Assembly: GCA_043228905.1 (NCBI GenBank)
Contig: JBHGNT010000015.1
Coordinates: 1,054,001 to 1,118,000 of the forward strand
Direction of reading: 5' to 3'
Origin: Azolla caroliniana
Taxonomy: Eukaryota > Plantae > Polypodiophyta
DNA length: 64,000 bases
In this document: positions 1 through 18,910 of the stretch, in pieces
How the letters are laid out: each line of letters starts with the position of its first letter
Numbering within the stretch: the first letter of the stretch is position 1
The notes under the pieces: model-generated
What the model saw: the letters and a program-made list of their open reading frames with translations, nothing else
Told to the model about the DNA's origin: nothing
Database searches by the model: none
Program-made: the position numbers and the translations under genes

Positions 1-343
1 GGCCACGTTCACAACGAAAACTACATACACTAATTTTGCTCCAGCCCCCGCAACGATCCATTCAGAACATCTGGATTCCATAGGACTCTTCATGATCAAG
101 TTGGAATCGGGCGACAACGAACTTCATGGATAGATCCTGGACCTTGTGTGCAAATTTTTCTCTCTTTTGGGGGGAGGGGGGGGGGGTGTTCCCATTGCAG
201 GAGGTTCAGGGAGTGAGTTGCAAGTTGTGGCAACATGTTCAGAGGAGTTAGTAGTAGTATAATATATGGAAGTGTAGTGCTTGAGATATGGTGGTGGTGA
301 CAAGAGGAGGATTTTTAAAGCATACACATATCATTGTGAAGGG

Positions 344-402
344 ATGTACGTATGTACGTATGTATGTATGTATGTATGCATGTATGTATGTATGTATGTA
401 TG
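344..402. repeat. (TATG)n microsatellite
   Basis: Direct reading; it explains the spurious MYVC/HTYI ORFs. Confidence 0.9.
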
Positions 403-619
403 GTATGCATGTAAAAGGAGCATATATCATTTATTATCAGCATTATTATTATATGTTGTTATTATATATAGTGACGCGATTTTGAAAAGAAAAGAGAAGA
501 GGAAAAGAAGAAGAAGAGAGGATTGGTTCAGAGCCAAAATTTATTGAAAAAGCGGAAAATGTTTTAAATGCCAAAAAGCCGGACAACAAACGACAGCCTG
601 CAAAACCCATAAAAATACA

Positions 620-1031
620 TAATAAAATAAATAAATAGATAAATAAATAGATAAATAAATAAATAAACAAATAATAAATAATTACCCCCCCCCCGCCCCC
701 ACGCCCCCAAAGGAAGTATGTAGAAGAAGAAGAAGAAAAAAAAAACACGAAAAACAAATAATCAAAAAATAAATATAAATAAGAGCAAATAAAATTAAAC
801 AGAACAAGTAAAATAAGTACTATGTTTCATAATATCAGTAAATAAATAAATAAATAAATAGGTAACTAAATAAATAAAATGTAACTAAATAAATAAATAA
901 ATATATGGGTAAATAAATAAATAGATATGTACATAACTAAATACATAAATAACATGTAACTAAATAAATAAATAAATCTCTGGAAAAAAAATAGTAAATA
1001 AATAAATGGGTAAATAAGTAAATAAGAATAA

Positions 1032-1102
<71 letters not shown>

Positions 1103-1105
1103 ATA
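620..1105. repeat. (AAAT)n-rich low-complexity tract upstream of the kinase
   Basis: Long imperfect AAAT arrays, near-perfect at about 1030-1103; explains the YLFI ORFs. Confidence 0.85.
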
Positions 1106-1293
1106 TAATAAACCGTTCTACGCAAAGCTTTCCCATTTTTTTAATAGCAAAATAAAAACCCAAATAAATCTATTTTTAATTGAAAAAAGAAAGAAAAGTA
1201 GCTGCTCCCATGAGTAGTGGTAAAAAGAAAAAAAAAGGGAGAAGGTCAATTTCTCTCTCTGTCTCTGTCTTTGTCTCTGTCTTTGTCCTGAGT

Positions 1294-1302
1294 AAACCCT
1301 AA
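1294..1302 (+). promoter_or_regulatory. Telo-box (AAACCCTAA) in the CT-rich 5' region of the NDR kinase
   Basis: Exact AAACCCTAA about 230 bp upstream of the ATG among (CT)n tracts; a known plant promoter/5'UTR element. Confidence 0.4.
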
Positions 1303-1530
1303 TTTGCCACTTCTCCCCAAACCCTAGAATTCTCCCTCTCCCTCTCCCTCTCCCTCTGCGCAGAACTTCTCCGCAGACACCTTTCTCCCACCCCTTCTGC
1401 TGATTCTTTTTGTTGTCGTTTTAAGGGGGACGCCACAGCTATGGCGCTCTGAGCTTTTCACCTTCGCCATGTACACATTCTCTCACAGGTCACAGAATAT
1501 TCTCTGTGTCGACTTATTGACTCGCTCGTC

Positions 1531-8115
<6,585 letters not shown>

Positions 8116-8224
8116 AGAAAGCATATGCTCTTTGAAATGAATTATCAAAGGTTGTATTCATATTCATACTGTGAGCGTAGCTCTTTCCTCACATCTGGGC
8201 TTGCTGTTATAGTAGTTGTGGGTT

Positions 8225-8450
8225 TAGAGGATATTTGGTAATTCTTTAATTTTTTTTAAGTTTATGAAATTGTCTCTCTACTTCACCATCAACAGATGCA
8301 TGTGGAATTACTAAGTGTTTAAAGATTGTGCAGGGGAGTTGTCCAGAGGATACTTGGTAATTCTTTAATTTTTTTAAGCATATGAAAATGTATCTCTACT
8401 TCACCATTTACAGATGCATGTGCAATTATGTGAGGGTTTAAAGATCCTGC
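8225..8450. repeat. About 120-bp tandem duplication in the NDR 3' UTR
   Basis: AGAGGATA(T/C)TTGGTAATTCTTTAATTTTTTT...CTACTTCACCAT..ACAGATGCATGTG occurs twice. Confidence 0.8.
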
Positions 8451-9707
8451 AGTGGAGTTGCTGAAATCGATAAATAACATTAAGCAAAATGTTTGTACCA
8501 AGTACTAGCAGTATGACTAATTGGCTGTTATTATTGGAGCAAAGATAGGAAGCTGATGTGTTGTTTTTCTCATAACGGGAAATATGCGCATTGAAATTCC
8601 ATTAAAGATGACAAAAAGATTGGCATAGCATGATGATCTTTTTCCTCTTTACCATCAAGTAAAAGAATCTCTTACCTCAGTATCCCATCTTCCCATCTTC
8701 CCATCTTAGATTCTGCATATGCGTGACCATTATGGTGTCTAACCACAATCCAGAGGTTCTGTTTTTTTATAAGCAGGATGCAGTAGTGTCCTCTCGATGA
8801 TGATTCCTAATGTTTGGATCTCTGTTTCCTTTTCCCAAACCTCTCAAGTGCATACAGATCTGGAATTGGGTCTGTTATTTGAGTCTGAGAGGCTTAAGGA
8901 GGTTTCTCTCTTTGGTGGGATTCTCTCTGTTTGGTTAGATTTAAAATTGGACTACTTTAATCAATACCGGAATGGTTTGCATCATGCATTCCATGTGTTC
9001 TGTGATGTGTTTCATCTTGTCAATCTTGTGAGCAATCCGCTGGGATATATATGTCATCGCAATGAGTGACTATCAAAAGCAAACCTTGTAAACTAATTGG
9101 AACAAAGAACCTTACTGTGATTTGGCATATAGTGCAAATATATACATAATATTATTATTGGAAGGATCAAATTGGAATGTTCCAAGACTTATCTGCAACC
9201 ATCACAGATGTATATACGTACTGCTCAGAATAATTGGAATGTAAAATGTTGCATTATTGAATGTGGCAATTGGGAATATTCTAGATATTGAACATATTTA
9301 GAATCTTATCAATAAAGATACTAAGAATAGTTGAAATGTTGAATCTCATTCTAGACATCGAGAAGAAGTATCTACAATATTATTGAGGAAGGTATTGCTA
9401 AGAATTGTTGGATTTTGTGTAAACATAAAGAGTACTCTACACATTTGAAAATACCTACACTGATCGATGGACATGGCTAATGATATAAATTAGAAAATCT
9501 CTCTATTGGAGAAATAAAAATGGAAATATTCCATTTAATGCCAATCAAAACTAAGTTACACTCAATTAAAAACTACTGTCCCCGTACTTTCATTAAGTAA
9601 CAGACTTAAACATAAAGCAAGCCGTACATACATCTCCTATTTGTTTTTATGATGGTAAATCACATTCCATAGGTGTATCTCTCCTGGACTCACAACCCAT
9701 GCTTCAC

Positions 9708-9822
9708 AATGCCTTCATTTCCAGTAATTAGCCGAATGTAACGAAAATGCCTCCATTTCCAGTAATTAACTGAATGTATTGAAAATGCCTCCATTTCCAG
9801 TAAATCGCCGAATGTATTGAAG
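9708..9822. repeat. Minisatellite, about 39-bp unit x3
   Basis: AATGCCTCCATTTCCAGTAAT...GAATGTA repeated three times. Confidence 0.8.
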
Positions 9823-11162
9823 CATGATTTCAAAGACAACAAGAAAAAGGGAGATAGAGAACTGAATTGGCTAAAGATAAAGAGGAAAGCATCCAAAAAG
9901 GTGGGAATCAAAGGAAGAGCTTAATGGTGTTCCAAAGAACCAAGAAAAAGGAAGATGGAGAACCAAATCGGCTGAAGAGTAAGAGGAAAGGTTCCAAAAA
10001 GGTGGGAATTGGAGGAAGCATTCTCACAAAAGAGGAAAGGAATGGTGTTTCTAAAATAAATAAACCCCAAAAAACTAATGGACAGCAATTAAAGATCAGC
10101 AGTTCATGAGATAAAATGAGAGATGCATGAGTTCTCAGTTCCATTGAGCAAGAGTTCTGTTTGAATGAAGGTCATCAATTTCCAACAGTGCCCAATGAAG
10201 TCCCTTCAACAAAGTACTCAAAATTCACAGAACACCCCCTGGGTGCATTCTCTGCTTTTCTTGGACTGAGATTTTGGTATCACTCAGAACTCCATTTCTT
10301 TCTGTTCAATGAACAAACCTTTGTATGAGCACTCACACCTATGTAGCATCCCTCTTGCACAGCAACGTCTTTTTTGCATTAGACTTTTTGTGATCACTTC
10401 ACAACAAAGGAAAAGAAACTGTTAGATTGATGGAGCCATCGTTAACTAATTTTATTATCTCATCTTTTATAACTGGAGACTACTACACATGGTATCTTTA
10501 GAAAGAAAATAAGAGCATCACATATAGATTGAAGAATAAACAACTTATCTGTGCTGTAATTTGTGATTTTGCACTCCCCTTTATGATTCTTGAAGAAGCA
10601 AAGTGCTCCTTTTAGAAGGATTAAATGAACCTGTTGTGACTCTGGGATGCTCTATCCTGATACATGCTAATTCGCCGAAATCTAGAAACATGAACCAAAT
10701 TTAATTTAATGCAGTAAATTCTCATGAAAGGTTTTGGCACATTTAATGCTGACACCTAGCAATGGCAACTAGCTTATGGAACCCATTCGCCAAATCTGAA
10801 AATGATACATAGATTTCATTAGAAATGAGATCAAACATATTTACAACAGTTTGCAAATATTGAATAAGGATTGTAATACAAATGCAATGAGTCTCATCAA
10901 ACAATTCTTCAATGTTACCATATTTCTGGCCAATATTGTTTTCACCAATCTTGGCGTTGTTGAAACATTTTTTCCAACTTCTGGTCATTTGAGAAAAGAA
11001 AGCTGAAAGCTCTAACTCCAAGATTGGTATCATTGGCACACTTTCAGGCTGAGGATGGCAGCAGATCTGATTGCAAGAAATGTTGGCTGAGTTCCATCAC
11101 AACTACGTTATAAACTTGTCTCTACTATTTGGCTATGGTGATTCAAAAATTCGTACTTTACC

Positions 11163-11398
11163 AGATATGATGAATCATTCAGTGCATTGGATTAGATACA
11201 GTTTTGAAAGTTTTCCAATCGAAAGGAGGAAGGATCCTTGAAATTCTCCACTGGGTAGAGCTTTGTTTCCAATCAAGTCTCAAAGGCAGCTATGAAACCA
11301 TGGGAGGAGACCCCTGCAGGACCTGTGCTGTACACTACCCCTGATGCAGATGGAACCAGATTTGGATTGTGAAAGACTGATGGAACGAGTGTCATGAC
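11163..11398 (-). pseudogene. Possible decayed plant extracellular LRR fragment
   Basis: Minus frame reads ...CL*DLIGNKALPSGEFQGSFLLSIGKLSKLYL, resembling the LxxLDLxxNxLSGxIPxSIGxLxxL consensus but with stops. Confidence 0.25.
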
Positions 11399-11644
11399 CT
11401 GTTTCAGTACTCATAAACTATGCATCTGTCTAGCAGAACTTCTTTTTTGAATATTTTGATCAAAAGACATGAATCATGTCCATTTCCAATCATTCGTACG
11501 CCTTTGATGCCACCTACTCAGGAGATCATCTCTAACCCACAATCACTTGTTCAGGTGCAGTTTTGCAGATTAGAATTTCATAGCCCTCTGCAAACAAATT
11601 ACATTTTTCACTTCTGTCTTTGCTTCCATATATCAAGGATTTAT

Positions 11645-14170
11645 CTATCTCAAACTCATTGAATGCTCAAAAATATCCCTACCAAGCTTCAGATTTCCCC
11701 AGTTTTTACAAGCATATAACATAGAATGCCATACCATCATGTCCGAACAGCGAAACTGATAAATCATTTCTACAGCCTTGCCTAACTCACCTGCACAGTT
11801 AAGAAGATGGATAACACAATTATTATGCTCTAAAGTTGGAAGAACACCATAGTCTTTGCTCATGTTACCAAAGTACGTTAATCCCCTGAAAAAGAGAGAT
11901 GTTCGACTGCATGCTTTAAGAACACTAATGAACGTGATCCCATTTGGCTTTATACTCTCTCCTATCATCCTATCAAAGATATTGAAAACATTCTCACATT
12001 CACCCAGTTGTGCATAACCTGAAAGTAGGGCATTCCATGTGACAACTTGTCTACTTTGAATCCTTCGAAGTACTTCCTGGGCAATATGGAGAGAACCACA
12101 CCTGGCGTACATATCTACTAAGGTGTTGCCAACAATAAGGTCACTTTCTAAATACCCTTTTTTCACCAATTCGGAATGTATTTCTTGACCCTTGTCTGTG
12201 AATCCTATGTTTGCAACAGACTTTAAAATAGAGGTAAATGTAATTTCATTGGGTGAAACTCTCTCCAGTTGCATCTGTTCAAGACAAGAAAGTGCTTGAT
12301 CATAATGTTCATGTTCCGCGTATCCTGCAATTAATGTATTCCAGGAAACCGCATCTTGAACTGGTAGCTTATCCAATGTTTCCTGTGCTTTGCTAAGTAA
12401 GCCACATCCAGCATACATATCGATTAAGGCATTTCCAATCATCACATCTTTATCCAATAACCCTGATCTCACAATCTCAGCATGTATATCTTGTCCCTTT
12501 TCTCTTGCTCCTATGCTGCCACAAGCTTTCAAGATATGAACGTATGTGATTGTATCAGCAGAAACATCCTCAAGACTCATTTGCTCAAAATTATGAAGGG
12601 CTTTTTCATGTTGTTCATTTTCAACATAACCTCCAAGTAAAGCATTCCAAGAAACAGTATCATGTCCCAAGAGCTTGTCAAATACTTGCTGTGCATCCAT
12701 GACTGAACCACATTTGGCATACATATCCACAACCATATTGCCAAGAAAGAGATCTCTTTCAATGAACCCCTTTTGAACTATTTCAGAATGTATTCTTTGG
12801 CCATTGGCAACAAATTGCAAACTGTCACAGGCTTTTAAGCCACTGATAAATGTGATGGTATCTCTAGCAACATTGTCGCTTTGCATTTGATCAAAATACT
12901 TGAGTGTTTCAATATTATGTCCATGTTCAGCATACCCCTCAATTAAACAATTCCAAGATACAACATCTCGAGAAGGAAGCTTGTCAAACAATTCTTGTGC
13001 TTTTGTAAGCATGCCAGATTTGGCATATCCAGCTATTAATGCATTCCATGATGAGGCATTACATGTGAGAAGCTCTTCAAACAACTTTTGTGCTTCCGTT
13101 ATGTAACCACACCTGGAATATGCATCAATCAAGGAATTTCTAATATCTTCTTCAAGAAGGCCCTTCTTAACAATGTCTGCATGTATTCTCCTGATTTTGT
13201 CCATAGATCCTAAGTTTTTGTAAGATTTTAAGATACACATATACGTGACATTGTTTGGAGAAATACCCTCTTGTTCCATTTGTTCAAATAATTTGAGGGC
13301 GTTATGGTCCCATCCATGCTCTATATAACCAGCAAGCAAGCAAGTGAATGAGATCACATTCTGGACAAGAAGCTTGTCAAACACTTGTTTTGCTTCAGCA
13401 AGCCAACCATGTTTTGCATACATATCAACCAACATTGTCCCAATAAGAAGATCTTTTTCTAACAAACCATTCTGAGTAATACTGCAATGAATTTCACATC
13501 CCTTATCAATAGCTCTACAGCTACTACAAGCTTTCAAGCAACAAATAACAGTCACGGTAGTTGGGAAGACACCCTCAAGATACATCTGATCTATAGAATT
13601 CAGTGCTTCTTCATCTCTACCATATTCTATGTATCCAGTGATAAGAGCATTCCAAGATACCACATTTCTAATCATAAACTTATCAAACAAATGCTGTGCT
13701 TTTTCTATGTAGCCATAACTTAAGTATCCCCCAAGCAATATATTCCAAGAGACTTCATCTCGTGTTGGAAGCATGTTAAACACTTCATGAGCTTTTGAAA
13801 GCATCCCACATTTCAAATACATGTCGACAACTGAATTGCCAACAACAACATTACTTATCAGAAATCCTTTTATGATAACTTGTTGATGAAGCTTGTAGCC
13901 TTTCTCTGTTGACTTGTTGCTACTACAAGCTTTCAAGCAGGAAATGAAGGAAACTGCATCAGGTGAGATGCTCTCTTCCTGCATCCTTTCTATACAGTTA
14001 ATGGATTCTTCGAGGCAGCCATGCTCTGCATATACTCCGATAACAGCATTCCATAAGACCAGATCTCTGAATGAGATCTGAAAGAAGACCTGTAGTGCAT
14101 TGGAGAGTAAGCCTGACCTGGAATACGTAAGAATAAGATTTGTCTTGGATACAAGATCGTCTTTCTTCAT
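11645..14170 (-). CDS. PLS-class pentatricopeptide repeat protein ending in a partial E domain (no DYW), 841 aa, intronless ORF
   Basis: Repeated P-L-S triplets (GNALIDMYAGCG, DVVSWNxLIxGY, PNxVTFxxxLKAC); C-terminal VWHSMLYACKNWGNLKLGR is E-like; true start uncertain. Confidence 0.92.
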   Translation of the reverse strand: MKKDDLVSKTNLILTYSRSGLLSNALQVFFQISFRDLVLWNAVIGVYAEHGCLEESINCIERMQEESISPDAVSFISCLKACSSNKSTEKGYKLHQQVIIKGFLISNVVVGNSVVDMYLKCGMLSKAHEVFNMLPTRDEVSWNILLGGYLSYGYIEKAQHLFDKFMIRNVVSWNALITGYIEYGRDEEALNSIDQMYLEGVFPTTVTVICCLKACSSCRAIDKGCEIHCSITQNGLLEKDLLIGTMLVDMYAKHGWLAEAKQVFDKLLVQNVISFTCLLAGYIEHGWDHNALKLFEQMEQEGISPNNVTYMCILKSYKNLGSMDKIRRIHADIVKKGLLEEDIRNSLIDAYSRCGYITEAQKLFEELLTCNASSWNALIAGYAKSGMLTKAQELFDKLPSRDVVSWNCLIEGYAEHGHNIETLKYFDQMQSDNVARDTITFISGLKACDSLQFVANGQRIHSEIVQKGFIERDLFLGNMVVDMYAKCGSVMDAQQVFDKLLGHDTVSWNALLGGYVENEQHEKALHNFEQMSLEDVSADTITYVHILKACGSIGAREKGQDIHAEIVRSGLLDKDVMIGNALIDMYAGCGLLSKAQETLDKLPVQDAVSWNTLIAGYAEHEHYDQALSCLEQMQLERVSPNEITFTSILKSVANIGFTDKGQEIHSELVKKGYLESDLIVGNTLVDMYARCGSLHIAQEVLRRIQSRQVVTWNALLSGYAQLGECENVFNIFDRMIGESIKPNGITFISVLKACSRTSLFFRGLTYFGNMSKDYGVLPTLEHNNCVIHLLNCAGELGKAVEMIYQFRCSDMMVWHSMLYACKNWGNLKLGRDIFEHSMSLR

Positions 14171-15778
14171 CGTTGGTATGCTTCATCAGAGCTGTTCTGT
14201 GTGTGAAATGCGGACGTTGATCTTTCAATAGCGGAATATTCCCAACAACTCCAGAAGTTTCTAGAATGATCTATAACAATGATCCTTAACCTCCTATTTT
14301 AATCTAAAATGTTCTCAATCTCCAACATAACGTCTGAAGCCTTGTTGAGGGAAGGGCATCCGATCTACCTTTTGAAATACAGAGCTGAGACTGATGGGTG
14401 TTCGGTATCGGGGCTGATCATGTGGCCGTTCTAGTATGAGGGGACGAGGTTTTCGAACCTCATTGGTGGCACAATGATGACCATTGGCAAAGGAGCTAAT
14501 GGAGAGCTTGTTCATATAGGCCATGGCAAGGTTCCATGAGGGGGGTGAGACCACAACATTGCGCGAGAGTGTCTCCCCATGGTGAATAACAGGTCACGTG
14601 GTTTGTGATTCTCGTTCGTGGGTCATTTGGTTGTTAGGGGTCCTTTTTGGTGTTCATTTCACTTCTCAATGACAGCTATGAGGAGGCAAGTTGTTACAAG
14701 CATATGCTAAGCCAAAGAGAGAAGAGAGATTATGAAGGACCAACATGATAGTATTAAAACCCTAATGTTGTGTCCCCATTGAAGCAAGCTTCATTTGAGG
14801 TTCCCATGCAAATCAATACTATAGAAAAAAAGAGGCAAAAGTAGACTATGTTTTGTCAAATGTGGTTAGTGAATTATACTCCATTATAGAGTCAAATATT
14901 TCTTTTACACTCTAATCAAAGAATTCTTGTATATTATTGGCAAGAGATGCCTCAATACATCAAGGTTGCAATGGATCAGCATACTTTATTAATAAGGAAT
15001 TTTTTGTGGGTCATTTGTGTTACAAAATGGCTGAATGTTCCTTGAATATTTAATAAGAGGTTTTAGCATTAGATGTACTGTATTTTGCTACAACTTGAGA
15101 AACATGTGAAAATTTTGGATGAAAATTGTTCAAGACCCACTGTGTTCAAGTCAAACTTCCAATACATGTTTAATTTTTCAGAAATATGAATTTAACGATG
15201 CATGCCACTCTTCCGAGCTAAAACAAGCATATTGAAATGGTTATCATTTTCGAGGATCCCCTAAACAGTGTTACAGGTTTATTAAGGTGAAGGTTGTGAT
15301 GTACACCTATCCACAAAGACATGGGGCTTTATGTAACAGCAAACAAGCTATTTAACAGTGGGATTGATCTCAGTGGCTGAAAGCCTCCCATAAAGAATTT
15401 AGGCATGTAAAAGGGTTTAAACCTTTCTGTAAGGTCATGTGGTACATTTCGAGCATCTCCAAAGATGCTAGCAAGGATAGTTATGACCAATTGTTGATAA
15501 GGAATGTGAAATTACAAAGAGAGTTCTATTCGAACTCACAGTAGAAAACTACATCCCTTTAATTCTATCAAACTTGCACGAGGGGATCAAACATGTACGT
15601 ATACCGCCTTCGAGGTGACACCTAATGGTGTCATCAACTTAAGAGTTGATATAATAAACCAAATGCAACATGGGAATGGGAAAAGTAGATCTCAATCCTA
15701 ATGTGGTTTTCTCATGCTACATCATGTGAGTCAGGCCAAGGCCACACTGTATTGACATGTCATTCTTTATGGACAGCA

Positions 15779-16176
15779 GGGCTGGGGACAGTTGTTTGAT
15801 GACAAAGCCGATGACATAACAGTAGTATCAGGGAGAATCATATTCCATCTTAGCCAAGCATCATGGAGAACTTGATCTGAAGTCGTAAAGCATGATCCAA
15901 CCAGTTTTAAGTATCTGCCATGCATCCTTGCATTCTTGTATGCATCATGGGTCCACTTTCTTCAGCATTGTCTTGCATGCCAGGGCTGGGGTCAGTTCTT
16001 TGATGAAAAGCCAATGACATAACAGGAGCATCGGATTCCATCTTAAGCAAGCATAATGGAGAACCTGAATCTGAAGTCGCAAAGCATGATCCAACCAATT
16101 TTAAGTATCTGCCAAGCATCCTTCCATGCTTGTATGCATCATGGCGCCAATTTCTTCAGCATCGTCTTGCATGCCA
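15779..16176. repeat. About 200-bp tandem duplication of the last ~25 codons, stop and 3'UTR of the second PPR gene
   Basis: GGGCTGGGG.CAGTT...AAGTATCTGCCA...GTCTTGCATGCCA twice; the copy encodes GMQDNAEESGPMMHTRMQGCMADT versus GMQDDAEEIGAMMHTSMEGCLADT. Confidence 0.88.
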
Positions 16177-18098
16177 GCATTTCTATATATATTAGCCATA
16201 AGAATGTAAGGTGCTGCAAGGCTATCATCGATACGTATTGCTTGATCAAAAATCACTCTCCCAAACTTCACATTCCCCCATTTTGTACAAGCACCTAATA
16301 GTGCAATCCAAACCGAAGATTCATCCGAATGTGGCATTGTCTTAATCAACGAAATGGCCTTTTCAATACGACCAGCACATCCAAAAGCCATCACCATGCA
16401 AGTATGATGAGCCAACTTTGGTGCAATCCCATATTCCATGTTCATACTCTCATAATACATTTGGGCCTCATCAAATTTTCCTGAGTGACTACATGCATTT
16501 AGCACACAGAGGAAGGTTACCTCATCAGGTAAGATTCCCTCTCTTTGCATCTGTCCAAAAGATTTGATTACTTCATTGCAATGCCCCTCTTGCGCATACC
16601 CCGCAATAAGTGCATTCCACGAGACAGTCTCTCGAATCGGAAGCTCTTCAAGAACTTTCCGAGCTTTTGCAAGTGCACCACATTTGGCATACATGTCTAC
16701 CAATGAAGTACCTAGTCCAATCGTTTTTTCTAGAAACCCCCCTCGAATGATCTCATCATGAATTTCTTCACCTTTGTCGATTGCTCCTATGGCCCCACAA
16801 GCTTTAAGGATGCAAAGGAAAGTGGCCTCATTCGGAGAGAGACCCTCCTTTTGCATCGATGCAAAACAATCTAGAGCTTCATGACCATGGTCGTGTTGGA
16901 CATACCCTGCAATTAAAGCATTCCAAGCAACAGTGTCTCGATGAGTCATCTCCTTGAGCACTTCTTGTGCTTTCACAAGGACACCACATTTAGCATACAT
17001 ATCTACCAATGCAGTGGCAAGCAAGATATTTGTTTTGGCTGAATTCCCATTCATAATTTCATTATGGATCTGTTTGCCTTTCTCAATAGATCCAATGCTT
17101 CCACATGCTCTCAAAATACAAATGAGTGTGACCTCATCGGGAGTGAATCCCTCGTTTTGCATTCTTGCAAAGCAATCAAGTGCATGGTGACCTTGCTCTT
17201 GTTGTGAGTATCCTGTAATGATTGCATTCCAAGTGACTACATCTCTAGCAGGAAGCTCTTCAAGCACTTGTTGGGCCTTAGAGAGCATCCCACATTTAGC
17301 ATACATATCCACCAAAGCATTACCGAGCACAATATTCCTCTCTAACAAGCCTCGGCCAACAATCTCGTCATGTATTTTTTCGCCTTTCTCGATGTCTCTT
17401 ATACTCCCACAAGCCTTAAGGATGCAAGACAATGTGATCTCATTAGGGGAGATTCCTTCCCTTTGCATTTGTGCAAAAAAGTTTAGGGCCAAATGTCCTT
17501 GTCCTTGATGGGCATACCCCGCAATTATGGCTGACCATGAGACTAAGTCTCTTTTTGGAATCCATTCAAACACTTGTTTGGCCTCAGAAAGCACGCCACA
17601 TTTGGCATACATATCTACCAATGCATTACCAAGAATAGTATTCTTCTCCAGGAAACCTCTACCAACAATCTCATTGTGGATTTCTTTGCCCTTCTCGAGG
17701 GCTCTTATGCTTCCACATGCTTTTAAAAGGCCAGAGAAAGTGAACTCATTTGGAGAGAGGCCCTCACTCTGCATCCGAGAGAAGCATTTGATTGCTTGAT
17801 TCCCTTGACCCTTTTGAGCATATCCAGAAATGAGTGCAGACCAAGAGACTATATCCCGAATGGGAAGGCTCTCCAGCACATGTTGGGCTTTTGAAAGCAT
17901 ACCACATTTGGCATACATGCTGATTAAGGTACTAGCAATATAAGGCATCTCTGTGAGTAACCCATTTTGCATGATATGAGCATGGAGCTTAGTCCCTTTA
18001 ACAAGATCCTTCTTGTGAGCACAAGCCTTGAGTAAAGAAACAAATGTGAGTTCCTCTGTCCTACATGTAGAGATTTTTGCCCTGCTTCCTCTTCTCAT
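16101..18098 (-). CDS. PLS-class PPR protein with E domain (no DYW), 665 aa, intronless
   Basis: Regular PLS triplets (LGNALVDMYAKCG); E domain VWIALLGACTKWGNVKFG...YILMANIY. Confidence 0.94.
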   Translation of the reverse strand: MRRGSRAKISTCRTEELTFVSLLKACAHKKDLVKGTKLHAHIMQNGLLTEMPYIASTLISMYAKCGMLSKAQHVLESLPIRDIVSWSALISGYAQKGQGNQAIKCFSRMQSEGLSPNEFTFSGLLKACGSIRALEKGKEIHNEIVGRGFLEKNTILGNALVDMYAKCGVLSEAKQVFEWIPKRDLVSWSAIIAGYAHQGQGHLALNFFAQMQREGISPNEITLSCILKACGSIRDIEKGEKIHDEIVGRGLLERNIVLGNALVDMYAKCGMLSKAQQVLEELPARDVVTWNAIITGYSQQEQGHHALDCFARMQNEGFTPDEVTLICILRACGSIGSIEKGKQIHNEIMNGNSAKTNILLATALVDMYAKCGVLVKAQEVLKEMTHRDTVAWNALIAGYVQHDHGHEALDCFASMQKEGLSPNEATFLCILKACGAIGAIDKGEEIHDEIIRGGFLEKTIGLGTSLVDMYAKCGALAKARKVLEELPIRETVSWNALIAGYAQEGHCNEVIKSFGQMQREGILPDEVTFLCVLNACSHSGKFDEAQMYYESMNMEYGIAPKLAHHTCMVMAFGCAGRIEKAISLIKTMPHSDESSVWIALLGACTKWGNVKFGRVIFDQAIRIDDSLAAPYILMANIYRNAGMQDDAEEIGAMMHTSMEGCLADT

Positions 18099-18910
18099 GT
18101 TACATGGAGGGAGTGAACAACAGATTATGGCATCACCATCACCTTGTTACTTATTTCACAGAGGTCAAGAGATCAAATACTTACACTCTCCACACATCTT
18201 TGTTGCATCACATTTTCACTTCTCCATATACATATGTACTATATGCCACTAGGTGGATCGAACTCACGACCTCCCCTCATGGCCTCCAAAACAATAAGAT
18301 ATCTCGATTGCGGCCCGATTGGCACACTCCTTAGACCCCTGTGGTTTCTCCCGGAGAGCAAGAAGGATATGTAGTCCTCGACATTATGTGGACTGCGATA
18401 GAGCAAGCTAGCCATTGGATCAAACTTGTAAGACATTTAATATGTTGTAATTTTGTTGGGTTTTGGCACTTTCAATCTTGACATGCACTACTTTGATGAC
18501 TACTATATCACAAAGGATTGACTCCTTGAGGAAGGCATTCACAACACATGGGGCGATAGGGTGCCAGTAAATAGGCTCTTTTAAAACAATCAACCTCTCT
18601 TCCAAAAGCGACATCACCATATGAATTCAAATACTAAAGTAAATGTTCAAGCAAATCTTGTTATGAACGTGGAAAGTGAACGAGCAGTTTCTCCTTATGA
18701 TTAGAGTATAAATATGGAGAGAACATAGAGGCTCTACTTCCATCTTGGTACATATTTTATGAATCAAGAGTATGTTACCCTATTTGTTTTGGGCTTTTCA
18801 AATTGGGATGTGTAGTTCTTTGAAGTCAAGCAATGTGCCATAGTTTGTCATTTCAAGTTCAATATAGGTTATGCCACTTACTCCATAAATGTTCGGCTCC
18901 CCAAGGCATA

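Noticed and set aside
449-1163. YLFI-repeat hydrophobic ORFs
   Set aside because: Reverse translation of (AAAT)n tracts
9867-10144. Lys-rich 80-aa ORF and its antisense ORFs
   Set aside because: Purine-rich low complexity, non-ATG start, no recognisable domain or splice context
12577-17799. Short antisense or alternate-frame ORFs overlapping the PPR genes (PHLAYIST repeats)
   Set aside because: Shadow frames of the repetitive PPR coding sequence
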